From assembly GCA_041752595.1 (NCBI GenBank), contig JBGSWE010000004.1, forward strand, positions 87,057 through 151,056: a stretch of 64,000 nt of DNA. Reading direction: 5' to 3'. This document shows, in pieces, positions 27,692 through 40,200 of the stretch. The notes below the pieces were generated by a model. The model saw nothing but the letters and a program-made list of their open reading frames with translations, had not been told where the DNA came from and did no database searches. The position numbers and the translations under genes were made by a program. How positions within the stretch are numbered: position 1 is the stretch's first letter; every line of letters starts with the position of its first letter. This DNA comes from Candidatus Saccharimonadales bacterium (GTDB taxonomy: Bacteria > Patescibacteriota > Saccharimonadia > Saccharimonadales > JACDBH01).

Positions 27692-28102
27692 ATGACTAAA
27701 GTTACGCGTAAAGATCTAGTAGAAGTCATTGGTGAGCGCACTCTCCATGTGGCTGATAAGCAACAGCTGGTTAACGCCGTAGCAGCCTATTTAGCTACTG
27801 AACATGACCATATTGATCTTGCATCTTTGATTCGTGACGTAATGCAGTACAGACTCGAAAGAGGTTATATAGAGGCGGTTGCGGTTAGTGCTCATGAATT
27901 ACCCAAAAACGTTATAGACGACATTGTTGAGTTGCTTTATGAGCATTACCCTACTGCCAAGAACATTCGAGTCGATACAAAAATTGACGAGAGTGTTGTA
28001 GGCGGAATTCGTATCGAACTACCTAGAGAAGTATTGGATTTATCTGTTAAATCAAAACTAAATTTGTTTAAGCGGCTGGCGAGCCAAGAGGGAGCTATTT
28101 GA
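27692..28102 (+). CDS. atpH: F0F1 ATP synthase subunit delta (OSCP), unusually short (136 aa)
   Basis: C-terminal OSCP pattern ...[30 protein letters not shown], plus operon position. Confidence 0.7.
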   Translation: MTKVTRKDLVEVIGERTLHVADKQQLVNAVAAYLATEHDHIDLASLIRDVMQYRLERGYIEAVAVSAHELPKNVIDDIVELLYEHYPTAKNIRVDTKIDESVVGGIRIELPREVLDLSVKSKLNLFKRLASQEGAI

Positions 28103-29661
28103 TGAGTACAATTAAAGACAACATATCAATTGCTGATTTATCTGCAGATATACGCGCGGCAATTGAACAGTTAAAAAAGCGCCCTGATATTGAAGAAACA
28201 GGCATTGTTACGAGAGTTGGTGACGGTGTGGTCTGGATCTATGGGCTTACTAGCGTTGGCTATAATGAGATGGTTGAGTTAGAAGCTAATGATGGGGGCA
28301 AAATTACAGCGTTTGCCTTTAACTTAGGTGTCGAAGAAATTGGCGCGGTACTTTTGGGTGAAGATACAGAAGTAAAAGCCGGGGCAAAAGCACATCGAAC
28401 CGGCAAGATTATTGAAGTTCCAGTAGGCCCCGAACTAGTTGGTCGCGTAGTTGACCCACTTGGTAGACCCTTAGACGGAAAAGGTGCAATTAAAGCCAAA
28501 CAAACTTCGCCTGCAGAGCGTATTGCGCCTGGAGTTTTAGCCCGCAAATCAGTACACGAACCAATGATGACCGGTATTATCGCCATTGATGCAATGGTGC
28601 CAATTGGTCGCGGTCAGCGCGAACTCATTATTGGCGATCGCCAAACTGGCAAAACAGCCGTAGCCCTAGACACTATGATTAACCAGCACAGACAAAATAC
28701 AGGTGTAATCAATATTTATGTAGCTATCGGTCAAAAAATGAGTAAAATTGCACGCCTTGTTGATAGATTAAAGCGCGAAGGCGTAATGGATCAGACTATT
28801 ATTGTTGCAACTAGCGCTGCCGACCCTGCCTCATTGCAGTACCTTGCACCCTACGCAGGCGCTACGATGGGTGAATATTTCCGCGATAATTCCCAGCATG
28901 CACTGATAATTTACGACGACCTCACCAAACACGCTGCAGCGTATCGCCAAATGTCATTGCTACTTCGCCGTCCACCAGGACGCGAGGCATACCCAGGCGA
29001 CGTGTTTTATTTGCACTCTCGTCTTCTAGAGCGTGCCGCCAAGATGAGCGACGAACTCGGTGCTGGTAGCTTAACCGCCCTGCCAATCATCGAAACCCAA
29101 GCTGGTGATATCTCGGCCTATATTCCTACGAACGTTATTTCTATTACTGATGGCCAGATTTTTATGGAAACTAACTTGTTTTATCAAGGTATACGCCCCG
29201 CTGTATCAGTTGGACTTAGTGTTTCGCGCGTCGGTGGTTCTGCCCAAACTAAGGCAGTAAAATCTGTTGCCAAATCACTTCGCGTAGACTTGGCGCAGTT
29301 CCGCGAGCTCGCTAGTTTTAGCCAGTTTTCTACAGATTTAGATGCTGACACCAAGGCTCGTATTGAACGCGGTCAACGGCTTACCGAACTCTTAAAACAG
29401 CCACAATATAGTCCCTACAGCACTTGGCAGATGTATGTAATGTTAGCGGCCGCTACAGAAGGTGCTTTTGACAAAGTTGAGGTATCCAAGATTAAGAATG
29501 CTGAATCTGCCTTACTACGCGAACTAAAAAGCAAACATACAAAACTAATTGAGCATATTGACGCTGGCAACGAACCAGAAGACGCTGACAAGAAGACCAT
29601 TATTGACCTAGCAAATCATGTAGCGGAAAGCTATAAGCCTGCAGAAAAGGATGCAAAATAA
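28099..29661 (+). CDS. atpA: F0F1 ATP synthase subunit alpha
   Basis: Walker A GDRQTGKT, plus [11 protein letters not shown] and [22 protein letters not shown]. Confidence 0.95.
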   Translation: MMSTIKDNISIADLSADIRAAIEQLKKRPDIEETGIVTRVGDGVVWIYGLTSVGYNEMVELEANDGGKITAFAFNLGVEEIGAVLLGEDTEVKAGAKAHRTGKIIEVPVGPELVGRVVDPLGRPLDGKGAIKAKQTSPAERIAPGVLARKSVHEPMMTGIIAIDAMVPIGRGQRELIIGDRQTGKTAVALDTMINQHRQNTGVINIYVAIGQKMSKIARLVDRLKREGVMDQTIIVATSAADPASLQYLAPYAGATMGEYFRDNSQHALIIYDDLTKHAAAYRQMSLLLRRPPGREAYPGDVFYLHSRLLERAAKMSDELGAGSLTALPIIETQAGDISAYIPTNVISITDGQIFMETNLFYQGIRPAVSVGLSVSRVGGSAQTKAVKSVAKSLRVDLAQFRELASFSQFSTDLDADTKARIERGQRLTELLKQPQYSPYSTWQMYVMLAAATEGAFDKVEVSKIKNAESALLRELKSKHTKLIEHIDAGNEPEDADKKTIIDLANHVAESYKPAEKDAK

Positions 29662-29922
29662 ATGAGTGAGATCCTTGAAGATGCACAAAGTTCTATAGTT
29701 GATACCGCATATCTGGATAGGATCGAAGCTGTTGACGATGCTGTATTCACTGCAATCGGTATTGCAGGAATAGAATCAGGAAGAATTAGATTCAAAAGAA
29801 TTTTTGGAGATGTTCGCGCACAAAGAGTTTTTAACAAAGTACTTGCAAAAACACTGGTTGATTTAATGGCTGATATACCCAGCGATGTTCAATACTATAG
29901 AGTTGAGGAGCAGGATGATTAA
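29662..29922 (+). CDS. hypothetical acidic protein (86 aa) inserted between atpA and atpG
   Basis: Its ATG directly abuts the atpA stop (TAAATG). Backbone-like composition. No family recognised. Confidence 0.55.
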   Translation: MSEILEDAQSSIVDTAYLDRIEAVDDAVFTAIGIAGIESGRIRFKRIFGDVRAQRVFNKVLAKTLVDLMADIPSDVQYYRVEEQDD

Positions 29923-29975
29923 GCTACTTTTTGAAATAAACTATCACGTTTCAAATATCGTGGCCGGAGTAAATC

Positions 29976-30845
29976 ATGGCTAGCACGATTGCCTTAAAGC
30001 GCCGAATTGGTAGTGTCAAAAATACTAAGCAAATTACAAAAGCTATGGAGTTGGTTGCTGCTAGTAAAATGCGTAAAGCTACAGAGTCTGCGCATCGTGG
30101 TCGTGCTTACCGCCTAGCGGCGCACAGTATGTTATCGCGACTCACAACAGTAACAGAAATCAGCGAACATCCTCTTTATAAAGTCCGTCCAATCAAGAAC
30201 CGCATGTATGTAGCAATCACTTCAGACCGTGGTCTTGCAGGTGCTTACAACGCCAACATTATCAAAATGCTTACTAGACTTATCAAAGAAGACCGTGAAA
30301 AGTCCGTAAAAAGTCAGATTATTATAGTTGGTAAACGAGGTGCGCAGTTTCTAAAACGAATTGAAAATATTGACATTATTGCGGCCTATTCAGACTTTGG
30401 CGATCACCCGACCGCCAATGACATTCGACCGATCTTAGACACAGTAGTCGAAAAGTATCGAAGTGCCGAAACTGATGAAGTCCGTCTACTTTACACCGAA
30501 CATAAAAGTAATATTGTTCAGCTTGCCCAAAGCCTTGCAATTTTGCCAGCTACGTTTGACGCAGAAGCCACTGAGGAGCAAACTTTGACAGACGTAACTT
30601 TTGAGCCGTCAGTTACCGAAGTACTAGAAAACGTAACCGAGCGTTTGTTAGAGGTCCAGATATGGCAAGCCCTGCTAGAATCTATTGCCAGCGAACACAG
30701 CATGAGAATGTTAAGCATGAAAAACGCCACCGATAACGCAACTGATATCATTGCCGATTTGACCCTAGAGTTTAACACCGCTCGTCAATCTAAAATTACC
30801 CAAGAACTAGCCGAAATTACTGGTGGCGCGGAGGCAATGAAATGA
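29976..30845 (+). CDS. atpG: F0F1 ATP synthase subunit gamma
   Basis: IKRRIGSVKNTKQITKAMELVAASKMRKA...ITQELAEITGGAEA. Confidence 0.9.
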   Translation: MASTIALKRRIGSVKNTKQITKAMELVAASKMRKATESAHRGRAYRLAAHSMLSRLTTVTEISEHPLYKVRPIKNRMYVAITSDRGLAGAYNANIIKMLTRLIKEDREKSVKSQIIIVGKRGAQFLKRIENIDIIAAYSDFGDHPTANDIRPILDTVVEKYRSAETDEVRLLYTEHKSNIVQLAQSLAILPATFDAEATEEQTLTDVTFEPSVTEVLENVTERLLEVQIWQALLESIASEHSMRMLSMKNATDNATDIIADLTLEFNTARQSKITQELAEITGGAEAMK

Positions 30846-31435
30846 GTACAGTAAAAGTTTATGATTTTGAGATGGAAACTCAGCAAGAAGATCCCAGAAG
30901 AATTGCCTTTGTTGCAGAAACTTACGAACAATATATACGTGATTATCCTGTTCAAAGATATATTGCTAACTTAGCATCCAATCAGCGCTTGCGAGACGGA
31001 ATGATGACAGATGTAAATCATAAATTCAGAAACTTTGAATGGTGGCAAAACCCAGGTAGTGAGGTTGAGATAAGTGATATTGAGAGAGTGCGTAAATATA
31101 TCGCCACTATTATATCCTGCGCCATGTATTCTCCAGCTCATAAATACTGGGGTGATTTCCCTGTTATAGATAGAAAGATCCCGGTCGTAAGTGGCGGTAA
31201 TGTTTGTACAAAAATGATTGTAGATGATTACAATACTATGTGGGCTCAAAAAGGTGTAGATCAATACGTTATTCCGGTACTAGAAGTAAATGAAACCGAA
31301 ATTACCACTGAAATACCAACAAGTTTTAATGGCTTTCCACCTCCTAGCTTATCACCAGAAGTAGATTTAATAGATATAAAATCAGTGCTGGATTATGACG
31401 ACCAGCAGTTGAGGGAACTTTTGGGTATTGCATAA
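30842..31435 (+). CDS. hypothetical protein (197 aa) inserted between atpG and atpD
   Basis: Its start overlaps the atpG stop (ATGA). Backbone composition (22/60 GC at 31021-31080). No family recognised. Confidence 0.6.
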   Translation: MSTVKVYDFEMETQQEDPRRIAFVAETYEQYIRDYPVQRYIANLASNQRLRDGMMTDVNHKFRNFEWWQNPGSEVEISDIERVRKYIATIISCAMYSPAHKYWGDFPVIDRKIPVVSGGNVCTKMIVDDYNTMWAQKGVDQYVIPVLEVNETEITTEIPTSFNGFPPPSLSPEVDLIDIKSVLDYDDQQLRELLGIA

Positions 31436-31468
31436 TGAACAGAACGACCAGAACGAAAGATACTTTGA

Positions 31469-32886
<1,418 letters not shown>

Positions 32887-32887
<1 letters not shown>

Positions 32888-33090
32888 TGTCGGGCTTTTC
32901 TAAAGATAAATCCATAGAACATGCATTAGCAACAGAAATGTTTGTGACTAATGCTGAGCGTGCAAGAAGACTAGCCGAACTAACAGGCTTACAACAAGAT
33001 TTACTTGATGAAGAAGCCCAAACTGATTTTAATAATAGTTCCATGGACGACGCCGACGATTTGAGTCATGGAGATGACCCAGTTTTATGA
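32887..33090 (+). CDS. hypothetical acidic protein (67 aa) inserted between atpD and atpC
   Basis: Its start overlaps the atpD stop (TAATG) and its stop overlaps the atpC start (ATGA). No family recognised. Confidence 0.5.
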
Positions 33091-33521
33091 TCCGATTTGA
33101 ACTGATAAGTCTAGACGGTGTAAAATTTTCTGGTGATGTATATGAAGTTACGCTCCATACTATGGACGGTGAAATCGGTGTTTTACCAAAGCACATGCCG
33201 CTAATTAGTGTTGCTAAAGCTGGTGTAATAACTGTTCGCCATAATCAAATCGACCGCGATGATATGCGCGAAGTCTTTGCAATTTCTGGTGGTGCTATTG
33301 AAGTGACCGGAGACTCGCTTAGGGTTCTAGTAGACGAAGCTGATAATTCGGATGATATTAGCGAAGAGGAAGCCAAAGCTGCCATGGAACGAGCTAAGAA
33401 GCTCAAGGCTGATGCTAAAGACCAGGTTAGTTTAGACCAGGCACAAAGCCTTATTGACCGTTCGGCTGTACGCTTGCAAGTCGCTGGCATGAAACGCCGT
33501 TCTGGATCTCAAAGAAGCTAA
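33087..33521 (+). CDS. atpC: F0F1 ATP synthase subunit epsilon
   Basis: N-terminal beta-sandwich pattern (LELISLDGVKFSGDVYEVTLHTMDGEIGVLPKHMPLI) plus a helical C-terminus. Confidence 0.85.
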   Translation: MIRFELISLDGVKFSGDVYEVTLHTMDGEIGVLPKHMPLISVAKAGVITVRHNQIDRDDMREVFAISGGAIEVTGDSLRVLVDEADNSDDISEEEAKAAMERAKKLKADAKDQVSLDQAQSLIDRSAVRLQVAGMKRRSGSQRS

Positions 33522-33604
33522 TTTAGTGTTGATTAATCCACACTTTAAATATGTTTAGATTAGACTTATTATTAGATTAAATAAATTAAACAAAAGGCGT
33601 TTTT

Positions 33605-35002
33605 ATGTTTAAACGATTCGCTATGCTAAGCGGTGCATTTATCAGTGTTTATTTAATATTGAGTCCGAGTTTAGTTTTGGCTGCAACAGAGTCAAGCAAT
33701 AGCAACACTGAACATAGCACATCTCATTTTGGTTTAGTGTTTGCGATGATGGCTCTTGTTTTGTTTGCAGGAAAAATCGGCAATTTTGTTGAAAGATACA
33801 ACCAGCCCGCAGTAATAGGTGAGCTATTGGCTGGTATTTTTTTGTCGGCTCTAGGATATTTTGGTTGGGGATTTATAAGCGAAGTAACTAACAGCACAAT
33901 AATTGCTTTTATGGCAAGCTTCGGGGCTCTTTTATTGCTGTTTTCGATAGGTCTAGAATCTAATCTTAAAGAAATGAAAAAAGTCGGCATTAATGCATTG
34001 ATTGTTGCATTAATAGGTGTGACGGTTCCCTTTGTTCTAGGTACTTATGTGTTAGCGCCAATATTTTTTTCGGATGAGTCTACGTCTGCAAAATTATTTG
34101 TTGGAGCGGCGTTGGTTGCAACAAGTGTTGGCATAACTGCATCTGTATTTAAGTCACTTAAGATAATACGGACTAGGGCTGCTCAGACAGTGCTTGGCGC
34201 TGCAGTTATAGATGATGTTCTTGGTTTAATTGTCCTTGCAGTTGTTTCTGCTCTAGCTACCGGTGGCAGTGTTTCTTTGATTTCAGTTTTAGCAATAGCG
34301 TTAAAGGCATTTGGATTCTTAGCAGGTGCTTTGTTGATAGGTACATTACTAGCAAAACAACTATCAAATTTATTCAGTAAACTTCATAGTGGCATTGCTA
34401 TGAAGCTTACCTTTGCTCTTTTATTTGCTCTAATTTTTGGATATCTAGCGGAACTGTTTGGACTTGAACCTATTATTGGTGCATTTGCAGCCGGTCTCTT
34501 GTTGGATCAGGTACATTTTAATTCCTTTGCTGATCCAGAGGTAGTCACCGATCTTAAAGAAATCAATTTTAATAACAATAAAGACAGAAGTTCAGTGTTG
34601 TCTGTAATTAATAAGCATAAAGAAACGCATGTCGAGGATCTTATAGGGACACTAAGTCTAGTCTTTGTACCGGTCTTTTTTGTATATACGGGTTTACAGA
34701 TTGAATTTGGATCTTTATTGAACCCTAGGCTTTACATTATCGCAGCCGTAATATCAGTATTTGCAATCGCAGGTAAAATTGTTGCGGGCTTTGCTGCTAA
34801 AGGTGATATTAAAGAAAAGCTTTTGGTTGGAGTTTCAATGGTCCCTAGAGGCGAGGTAGGTCTAATATTTGCTGCAACAGGTAAATCAATTGGAGTACTT
34901 AACGATGAGATATTTTCCGTAATAGTCTTGGTTATTATTATTACGACATTTGTTGCTCCTACTATGATAAATAGATTAGCAAGTAAGCAAACAACAATTT
35001 AG
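33605..35002 (+). CDS. cation:proton antiporter (CPA2 / Na+/H+ exchanger family)
   Basis: 465-aa polytopic ORF with PAVIGELLAGIFLS, LLLFSIGLES, DDVLGLIVLAV and PRGEVGLIFA. Confidence 0.8.
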   Translation: MFKRFAMLSGAFISVYLILSPSLVLAATESSNSNTEHSTSHFGLVFAMMALVLFAGKIGNFVERYNQPAVIGELLAGIFLSALGYFGWGFISEVTNSTIIAFMASFGALLLLFSIGLESNLKEMKKVGINALIVALIGVTVPFVLGTYVLAPIFFSDESTSAKLFVGAALVATSVGITASVFKSLKIIRTRAAQTVLGAAVIDDVLGLIVLAVVSALATGGSVSLISVLAIALKAFGFLAGALLIGTLLAKQLSNLFSKLHSGIAMKLTFALLFALIFGYLAELFGLEPIIGAFAAGLLLDQVHFNSFADPEVVTDLKEINFNNNKDRSSVLSVINKHKETHVEDLIGTLSLVFVPVFFVYTGLQIEFGSLLNPRLYIIAAVISVFAIAGKIVAGFAAKGDIKEKLLVGVSMVPRGEVGLIFAATGKSIGVLNDEIFSVIVLVIIITTFVAPTMINRLASKQTTI

Positions 35003-35073
35003 TATGAGTAATGTTTGCATTTTAGACAATTACAAGTTATTGTTATTGCATAATTAACGGAGGGTTTCCCTGT

Positions 35074-35829
35074 ATGACAATGCGATCAAAAGTCGCGGTT
35101 CTTGCAGCAGAGTTTTTGGGTACAGCAATACTCGCTACTGTTGCTATTAATATATCGCGTTCACAAATTGGAATAGGTTATTTTGTAGCCATCGGCGTTG
35201 GTATCGCTCTTGGTATGTTGGTTTTGGCGTTTGGATCAATTAGTGGTGGCCATTTCAACCCAGCAATTACAATAGGTCTTTGGACCGTAAGACAAGTAAA
35301 GACAGTTACCGCAATAAGTTATTTAGCAGTGCAGATGCTTGGTGGTTTAGCTGCATGGCAACTTGCTAATTATTTCATCGGCTCAGAACTTCAAAGTGTT
35401 GCAAATGCTGAGTTTGATTGGAAGATTCTAGTAGCAGAAGCAGTAGGCGCAATGGTATTTGCGCTATTTGTAGCTACTGCAGTTTTCAAAAAGCATGAGG
35501 GTGGAAAGCAAGCCGCTTTAATTGGCGGTGGTTTAACAGTTGGTGTAATTGTTGCTTCACTTGCATCTAACGCAATCATAAACCCAGCAATCGCATTAGC
35601 CAATCAGAGTTGGTCATGGGCATATGTAGCGGGACCAATCCTCGGTGCCTTAATCGGTATGAACTTGTATGTTCTATTATTTGCACCAATTAGTTCACTT
35701 GGTCTTCCAAAAAGACTCACACAACCAAAGGCTGCACCCGTAGTAGTATCCAAAAAATCAACTACTACAACAAAACCTGCAACTAAAAAAGCTCCAGCAA
35801 AAAAGACTACTACTAGAAAAAAGAAGTAA
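35074..35829 (+). CDS. MIP-family channel (aquaporin/glycerol facilitator-like) with Lys/Thr-rich C-terminal tail
   Basis: Two NPA motifs (GGHFNPAIT, INPAIA). The tail is KKSTTTTKPATKKAPAKKTTTRKKK. Confidence 0.85.
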   Translation: MTMRSKVAVLAAEFLGTAILATVAINISRSQIGIGYFVAIGVGIALGMLVLAFGSISGGHFNPAITIGLWTVRQVKTVTAISYLAVQMLGGLAAWQLANYFIGSELQSVANAEFDWKILVAEAVGAMVFALFVATAVFKKHEGGKQAALIGGGLTVGVIVASLASNAIINPAIALANQSWSWAYVAGPILGALIGMNLYVLLFAPISSLGLPKRLTQPKAAPVVVSKKSTTTTKPATKKAPAKKTTTRKKK

Positions 35830-35850
35830 ATAACTACTAGAACTGAAAAA

Positions 35851-35876
35851 AATAAACCCCAGAAATGGGGTTTATT
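35851..35876 (+). terminator. rho-independent terminator after the aquaporin gene
   Basis: Perfect 10-bp stem aataaacccc / ggggtttatt with loop agaaat. Confidence 0.55.
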
Positions 35877-35929
35877 CAATAAGAAACAAATTTTACAAAT
35901 TGAGTATATTATGTTAAATTAATATGGCA

Positions 35930-36850
35930 TGTGTCAATCCTGGCCATCGCACCTTCAAAAGAAGAATGGAGAATACGTATATGAAACACCGTATCCCAAA
36001 GTTGGCTTTAGCAGTTCTGCTGCTGATGACAGCAGTCTTTGCGACTTCACTCACTTCAACGTCTCCAGCATCCGCAACTTGCGCCAGTCCTACTCAACAA
36101 TCAACTCAGTTCATCCCCCTCAACAAGGTTGTTTCTGCCAACAAGGCGAACTCCGGCCAGATCTATTCGGGACCAATCAACTACTCCGAAACAAGCTGGC
36201 CGATTGTTCGTGCTGGTGGAGGTTCATTGTCGGCGTATTCCTACGCAGGACTACCGAACAACCTTCCGTACTTCAGTGTTGGACAGGCGTATGATTACGA
36301 TCCGTACGATCTCGGCGACATCTATCAGGTGTGGCAAACCAACCTTGAGTTTGATACCAGTCAGATTCCTTCGTGGCGCACGATTACTTCGGTTTACATC
36401 GAACTTGATTATGCCTACGACTGGTCGCCAAATGCTTTCTTCATCGAAGCTCGGCCTACGAATTATCTAACTCATGGACCTGGTGCCTGGGTGCCTGGTG
36501 CTTCGATTACTTCGTCAGCGCCTTCGGCTTTCAGTAAGTTTGGCCAGACAACCGGTTGCACCGTGACGATGATTGGGGATTTGACCGATTTCATCAACCG
36601 CGGTGGTGTGAGCAAATTCAACTTGACGCCGTCTGGCTTTGCAGCCAATGTTCCACCCCGTAACGGTGATGGAGTTGTTGGGTTTACCGATGCCAGATTG
36701 GTGGTCAATTACTCAGTCTCCGACTTCTTCCCATGATGAGGGCCTATTAACAAGGTTCTCGTTTAAACCCGTATGATGTAGTCATACGAAAGCCTCGCCC
36801 CGGAGAGTACTGTTCTAGCACATTTCTACAACTTTACTCTCCGGGGCTTT
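35930..36850. other. GC-rich island 3 (single secreted-protein gene)
   Basis: Spot count is 33/60 GC at 36481-36540. Flanked by AT-rich backbone genes and terminator hairpins. Confidence 0.45.
35981..36736 (+). CDS. hypothetical secreted protein (251 aa)
   Basis: Track ORF starts at 35924. The GGAGAA RBS favours the Met at 35981: MKHRIPKLALAVLLLMTAVFATSLTSTSPASA (signal peptide). No family recognised. Confidence 0.6.
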   Translation: MKHRIPKLALAVLLLMTAVFATSLTSTSPASATCASPTQQSTQFIPLNKVVSANKANSGQIYSGPINYSETSWPIVRAGGGSLSAYSYAGLPNNLPYFSVGQAYDYDPYDLGDIYQVWQTNLEFDTSQIPSWRTITSVYIELDYAYDWSPNAFFIEARPTNYLTHGPGAWVPGASITSSAPSAFSKFGQTTGCTVTMIGDLTDFINRGGVSKFNLTPSGFAANVPPRNGDGVVGFTDARLVVNYSVSDFFP

Positions 36851-36851
36851 T
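36797..36851. terminator. hairpin terminator between convergent genes
   Basis: gccccggagagta ...25 nt... tactctccggggc followed by tttt. Confidence 0.5.
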
Positions 36852-36853
36852 AA

Positions 36854-37249
36854 TCATTTGTTGTTTGAGGAATTAATATTTAGAGTCTTTTTGAATAGCA
36901 ATAGCGGCAGTACTAAGTTGGCAATAATTGAAAATACCCAGATGATCAGCGTCGCCAATATCCATGTACTTAGACCAGATATTGAAATACCATCACTAAG
37001 TAGGTTTGTAACAACCAGACCTACAAGTGTTGTAACTAAGGCAATACCACCAACCAGGAAAGTTGCGCTAGTAAGCGCAATTTTTAAGACTAGTGGACCA
37101 AGAATTAGTGTAGCAAGTGTAAAAATAACTGTTGCAACAACAAACGAAACCCCATCTAGCGAAAAACCATCAAGCAAAACAGAAGCAGCAATTAATCCAA
37201 CCGCATTAGCCATTAATGATATAGATACTTGTGCAAGCAGTCTTAACAT
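36854..37249 (-). CDS. four-TM membrane protein, phage holin family IV / DUF360-like
   Basis: 131 aa. The pattern ...ANAVGLIAASVLLDGFSLDGVSFVVATVIF...LVVTNLLSDGISISGLSTWILATLI resembles pfam04020. Confidence 0.5.
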   Translation of the reverse strand: MLRLLAQVSISLMANAVGLIAASVLLDGFSLDGVSFVVATVIFTLATLILGPLVLKIALTSATFLVGGIALVTTLVGLVVTNLLSDGISISGLSTWILATLIIWVFSIIANLVLPLLLFKKTLNINSSNNK

Positions 37250-37277
37250 ACTTCCCTTTCGTTAATTTATACTTAAA

Positions 37278-40200
37278 CTATACGCCTAATCTATTATTTA
37301 TTAAATCAGATATAAAATCTTTCATTCCTTTGGCTGAAATTGCATAGCTAGAAATATCGGGTAATTCTAGTTTCATAATTAGATCCCATACTTTTTCAAT
37401 TAATTTCTTAAATTCCTCATATTCATTTTCGTTAAAAACTAGTTCTAATGGTGGTGCAGCAAAACCGTTTGGCAACGGTTCTAAAAATTCAAGTGCGGCA
37501 GATTCTACCGAATAGTTCTTATAGGTTGACGATTCTTTTATTAGTAGAATATAAAAATATAATTGTTGTTTATAGTTTAAGTATTTTGAGGTAGTCCCCC
37601 ATTTTGTACTAGGTGTACCACTCTTAAAATCAATTATTCGGACTGTTTTGCTATTTTTATTTATCTCTAGCCTATCTAATTTACCAGTTAATCGTGCACC
37701 ATTTAAAGTTACACCTTCTTTTCTAAAATCAGCTTCTATTTCTGCTGGTTCTTTTAGCCTATCGCCATTTATTCTTAAGTATGTTTCTATTGCTATTTTT
37801 CCACGTTCTTTATAAATTATTACGTCATTCTTACCTAAATTTGCCCTACTTAAGTGCATGTTAAAGCTATTTACCGCGTCTGATATTTTCGGATTAAGAT
37901 TATTTTGCCCATCTTTTTGATACTTTTCTAAACTTTTATGTAGTGCATTTCCGTATGAGCTATCTGGTGTAGGTGCTTTTGGAAAACGAAGTAGTGTGTT
38001 TAGTAAAAAGTCTTGTGGGCCGCCATATTCTACATTGGTAAAGTTATTTAGATGTGTTGGGCTCATAATATACGAATTTAGTCTTAGTCTTAGTAGGTCA
38101 CCTAACTCAGGACTAAGTAATTGGTGTCTTGTGTGCCAGTACATTTCTATATCAATATTTAATTGTTCTTTTGGTCTTTCTGTTTGTATGACTTTGTTTA
38201 ATTGGGCTGGAAAAATCTCGGATTGTCTAGTTTCACCTTCTTTTATTTCTTGCAAGAACTTCGTAGGTAGTGTTTTTTTACCAGTATCTTTATTTGCATG
38301 GCTTGTTACAACTAATCCAATCTTTGCTCTTGTAATTGCAACAAACAAAAGTCTACGTAAATTATCGTCACCTGAGCTATCACTACGAATATGACGCAAG
38401 TTGTATGGCAACGTAATCTTATTAGCCGAACCCCTAGAGCTACTCCCCCACACATCATCATGCATGAATGGTAGGTATACATATTCATATTCAAGGCCCT
38501 TAGCTTTATATACAGTCTGAAGTTGAACAGCTGATTCGGCTTGAGATATAGGGTGGGTGTTTATTAGTGGCTGTTCAGCTTCTTCATATGCAACATATAG
38601 ATTTATAAAATCCTCGATAATTAGCTGGCGGTCTTCCTTTAGCTGCATGTCTCTTAGATTAGATCTAATTACACTAAGGTGTGAAACTGATTCGTAAAAT
38701 TTTAAGGCCGATGAATCAGCATTAGATTCAGAAAAGTAATATTCTTTTAATGGCGATGTATAGCTGAAATTATCTAGTTCAAGAGTAGAGCTACCAGTAA
38801 TATAATCAAGTAAATCTTCTAGGCCTAGTGTTTGGGCCTTTGCAGCAATACTAAGAAGAAACTTAACTTGATCTTTGGTTGATTCGTTATCAAGAGCAAT
38901 TTTTGCCCATGGCTTCAGTATTTCTTCGTTACTGGTTCTTCTTTCCCAATTAATTTGCCAAATAATTTCTACTGGAATGTTCCAAAATTCCAGAGACAGA
39001 ACCTTTGGCAAAAGTTCGTCCATAAGCGGCTGGTTATTGTCTTTTGCTGCAATAATGAACCTAATAATCAATAAGTAGGATTGAATAATAGGAGTATCAA
39101 AAACATTCTCTCGCCTCTCATAACTAACAGGAATACCTTTAGAATTTAGAAAAGGAACTAATTTTTCTAATATTGAGTGCTTAGGAGCTAGCACGGCAAT
39201 TTGACTTGGGTTAGTACCTTTTTTGATTTGTTTTGCAATATTGTCTGCAATCCAGCCGAACTCTGCGGCTTGATTGTTAAATTCATGCCTAGCAATATAT
39301 GCATTTTTAGGTAGTGAATCGCTTGCGGCAACTATGTCTTTACTTACATTCTCTAAATTGTTGTGTAGGCGTGATCCTATCTGCTTGGCAATATTATGAG
39401 CTGTGTGTAGGATGTCGTGGTGTGAACGATAATTTTTAATTAAGTTAATAATTTTTACGTCTTTATAAGAATTAATAAATTCAACCATGTTTCCGATATC
39501 AGCACCCTGAAAGGCATAAATCCCCTGGTCATCGTCGCCAACAGCCATGATATTTGGCTTACCCTCGTGCACTGGATGATCTGAGAGTAACTTCATTAAT
39601 TCGAATTGAGATGCGTTTGTATCCTGAAACTCATCAAGCAAAATATATTGATACCTTTCTTGTAAATTAAATCTAAGTTTAGGCTTAGATTTTAAAGCTT
39701 CAATGGTTGTCAGAATCATGTCATTAAAATCATATAAATTATTATTCTTAAGTTGTGATTGATAACTTTCATATATTCGAGAAACAGATAATAATTTTTC
39801 ATAATTTGCAGGATCACCAAATATCCAGTTGTCTTCTTGGTTTTTTTGTAGCCATGCATTTTTCCACTTAGTTATTGGTTTTGTAGAGTTTTCTGTTTCT
39901 GAATCAAGCAAAGCAACAGCCAACATATCTGATGCGTTTTTGGCGATATCGCTAGAATCATGGCTAATTATTTCTAATAATGACCCAAATATGTTCTGTG
40001 CATCAAATGGTTTACGTGGCATTCTGGTAAAACTGGACATCGCGTCATTTATCTTAGGCGACAAATTTTTACTGCAGGCTATATTTTGTTTAGACAAATT
40101 TTCTATATCTTTTGGATAAAGCTTGGCTTTTTTAAAGTCCGAAATAGTGCCAAGCACGCTTTTTAGATAATGTTTGGCAGTACGCATAGGATCTGTAAAA

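Noticed and set aside
26710-28586. Antisense ORFs over atpE, atpF and atpA (26710..26994, 26807..27049, 27317..27637, 28260..28586)
   Set aside because: They are shadows of unambiguous ATP synthase genes.
35929-36708. Alternative-frame ORFs 35929..36294, 36039..36470 (+) and 36472..36708 (-)
   Set aside because: They are nested in the signal-peptide-bearing 35981..36736 gene in GC-rich DNA.
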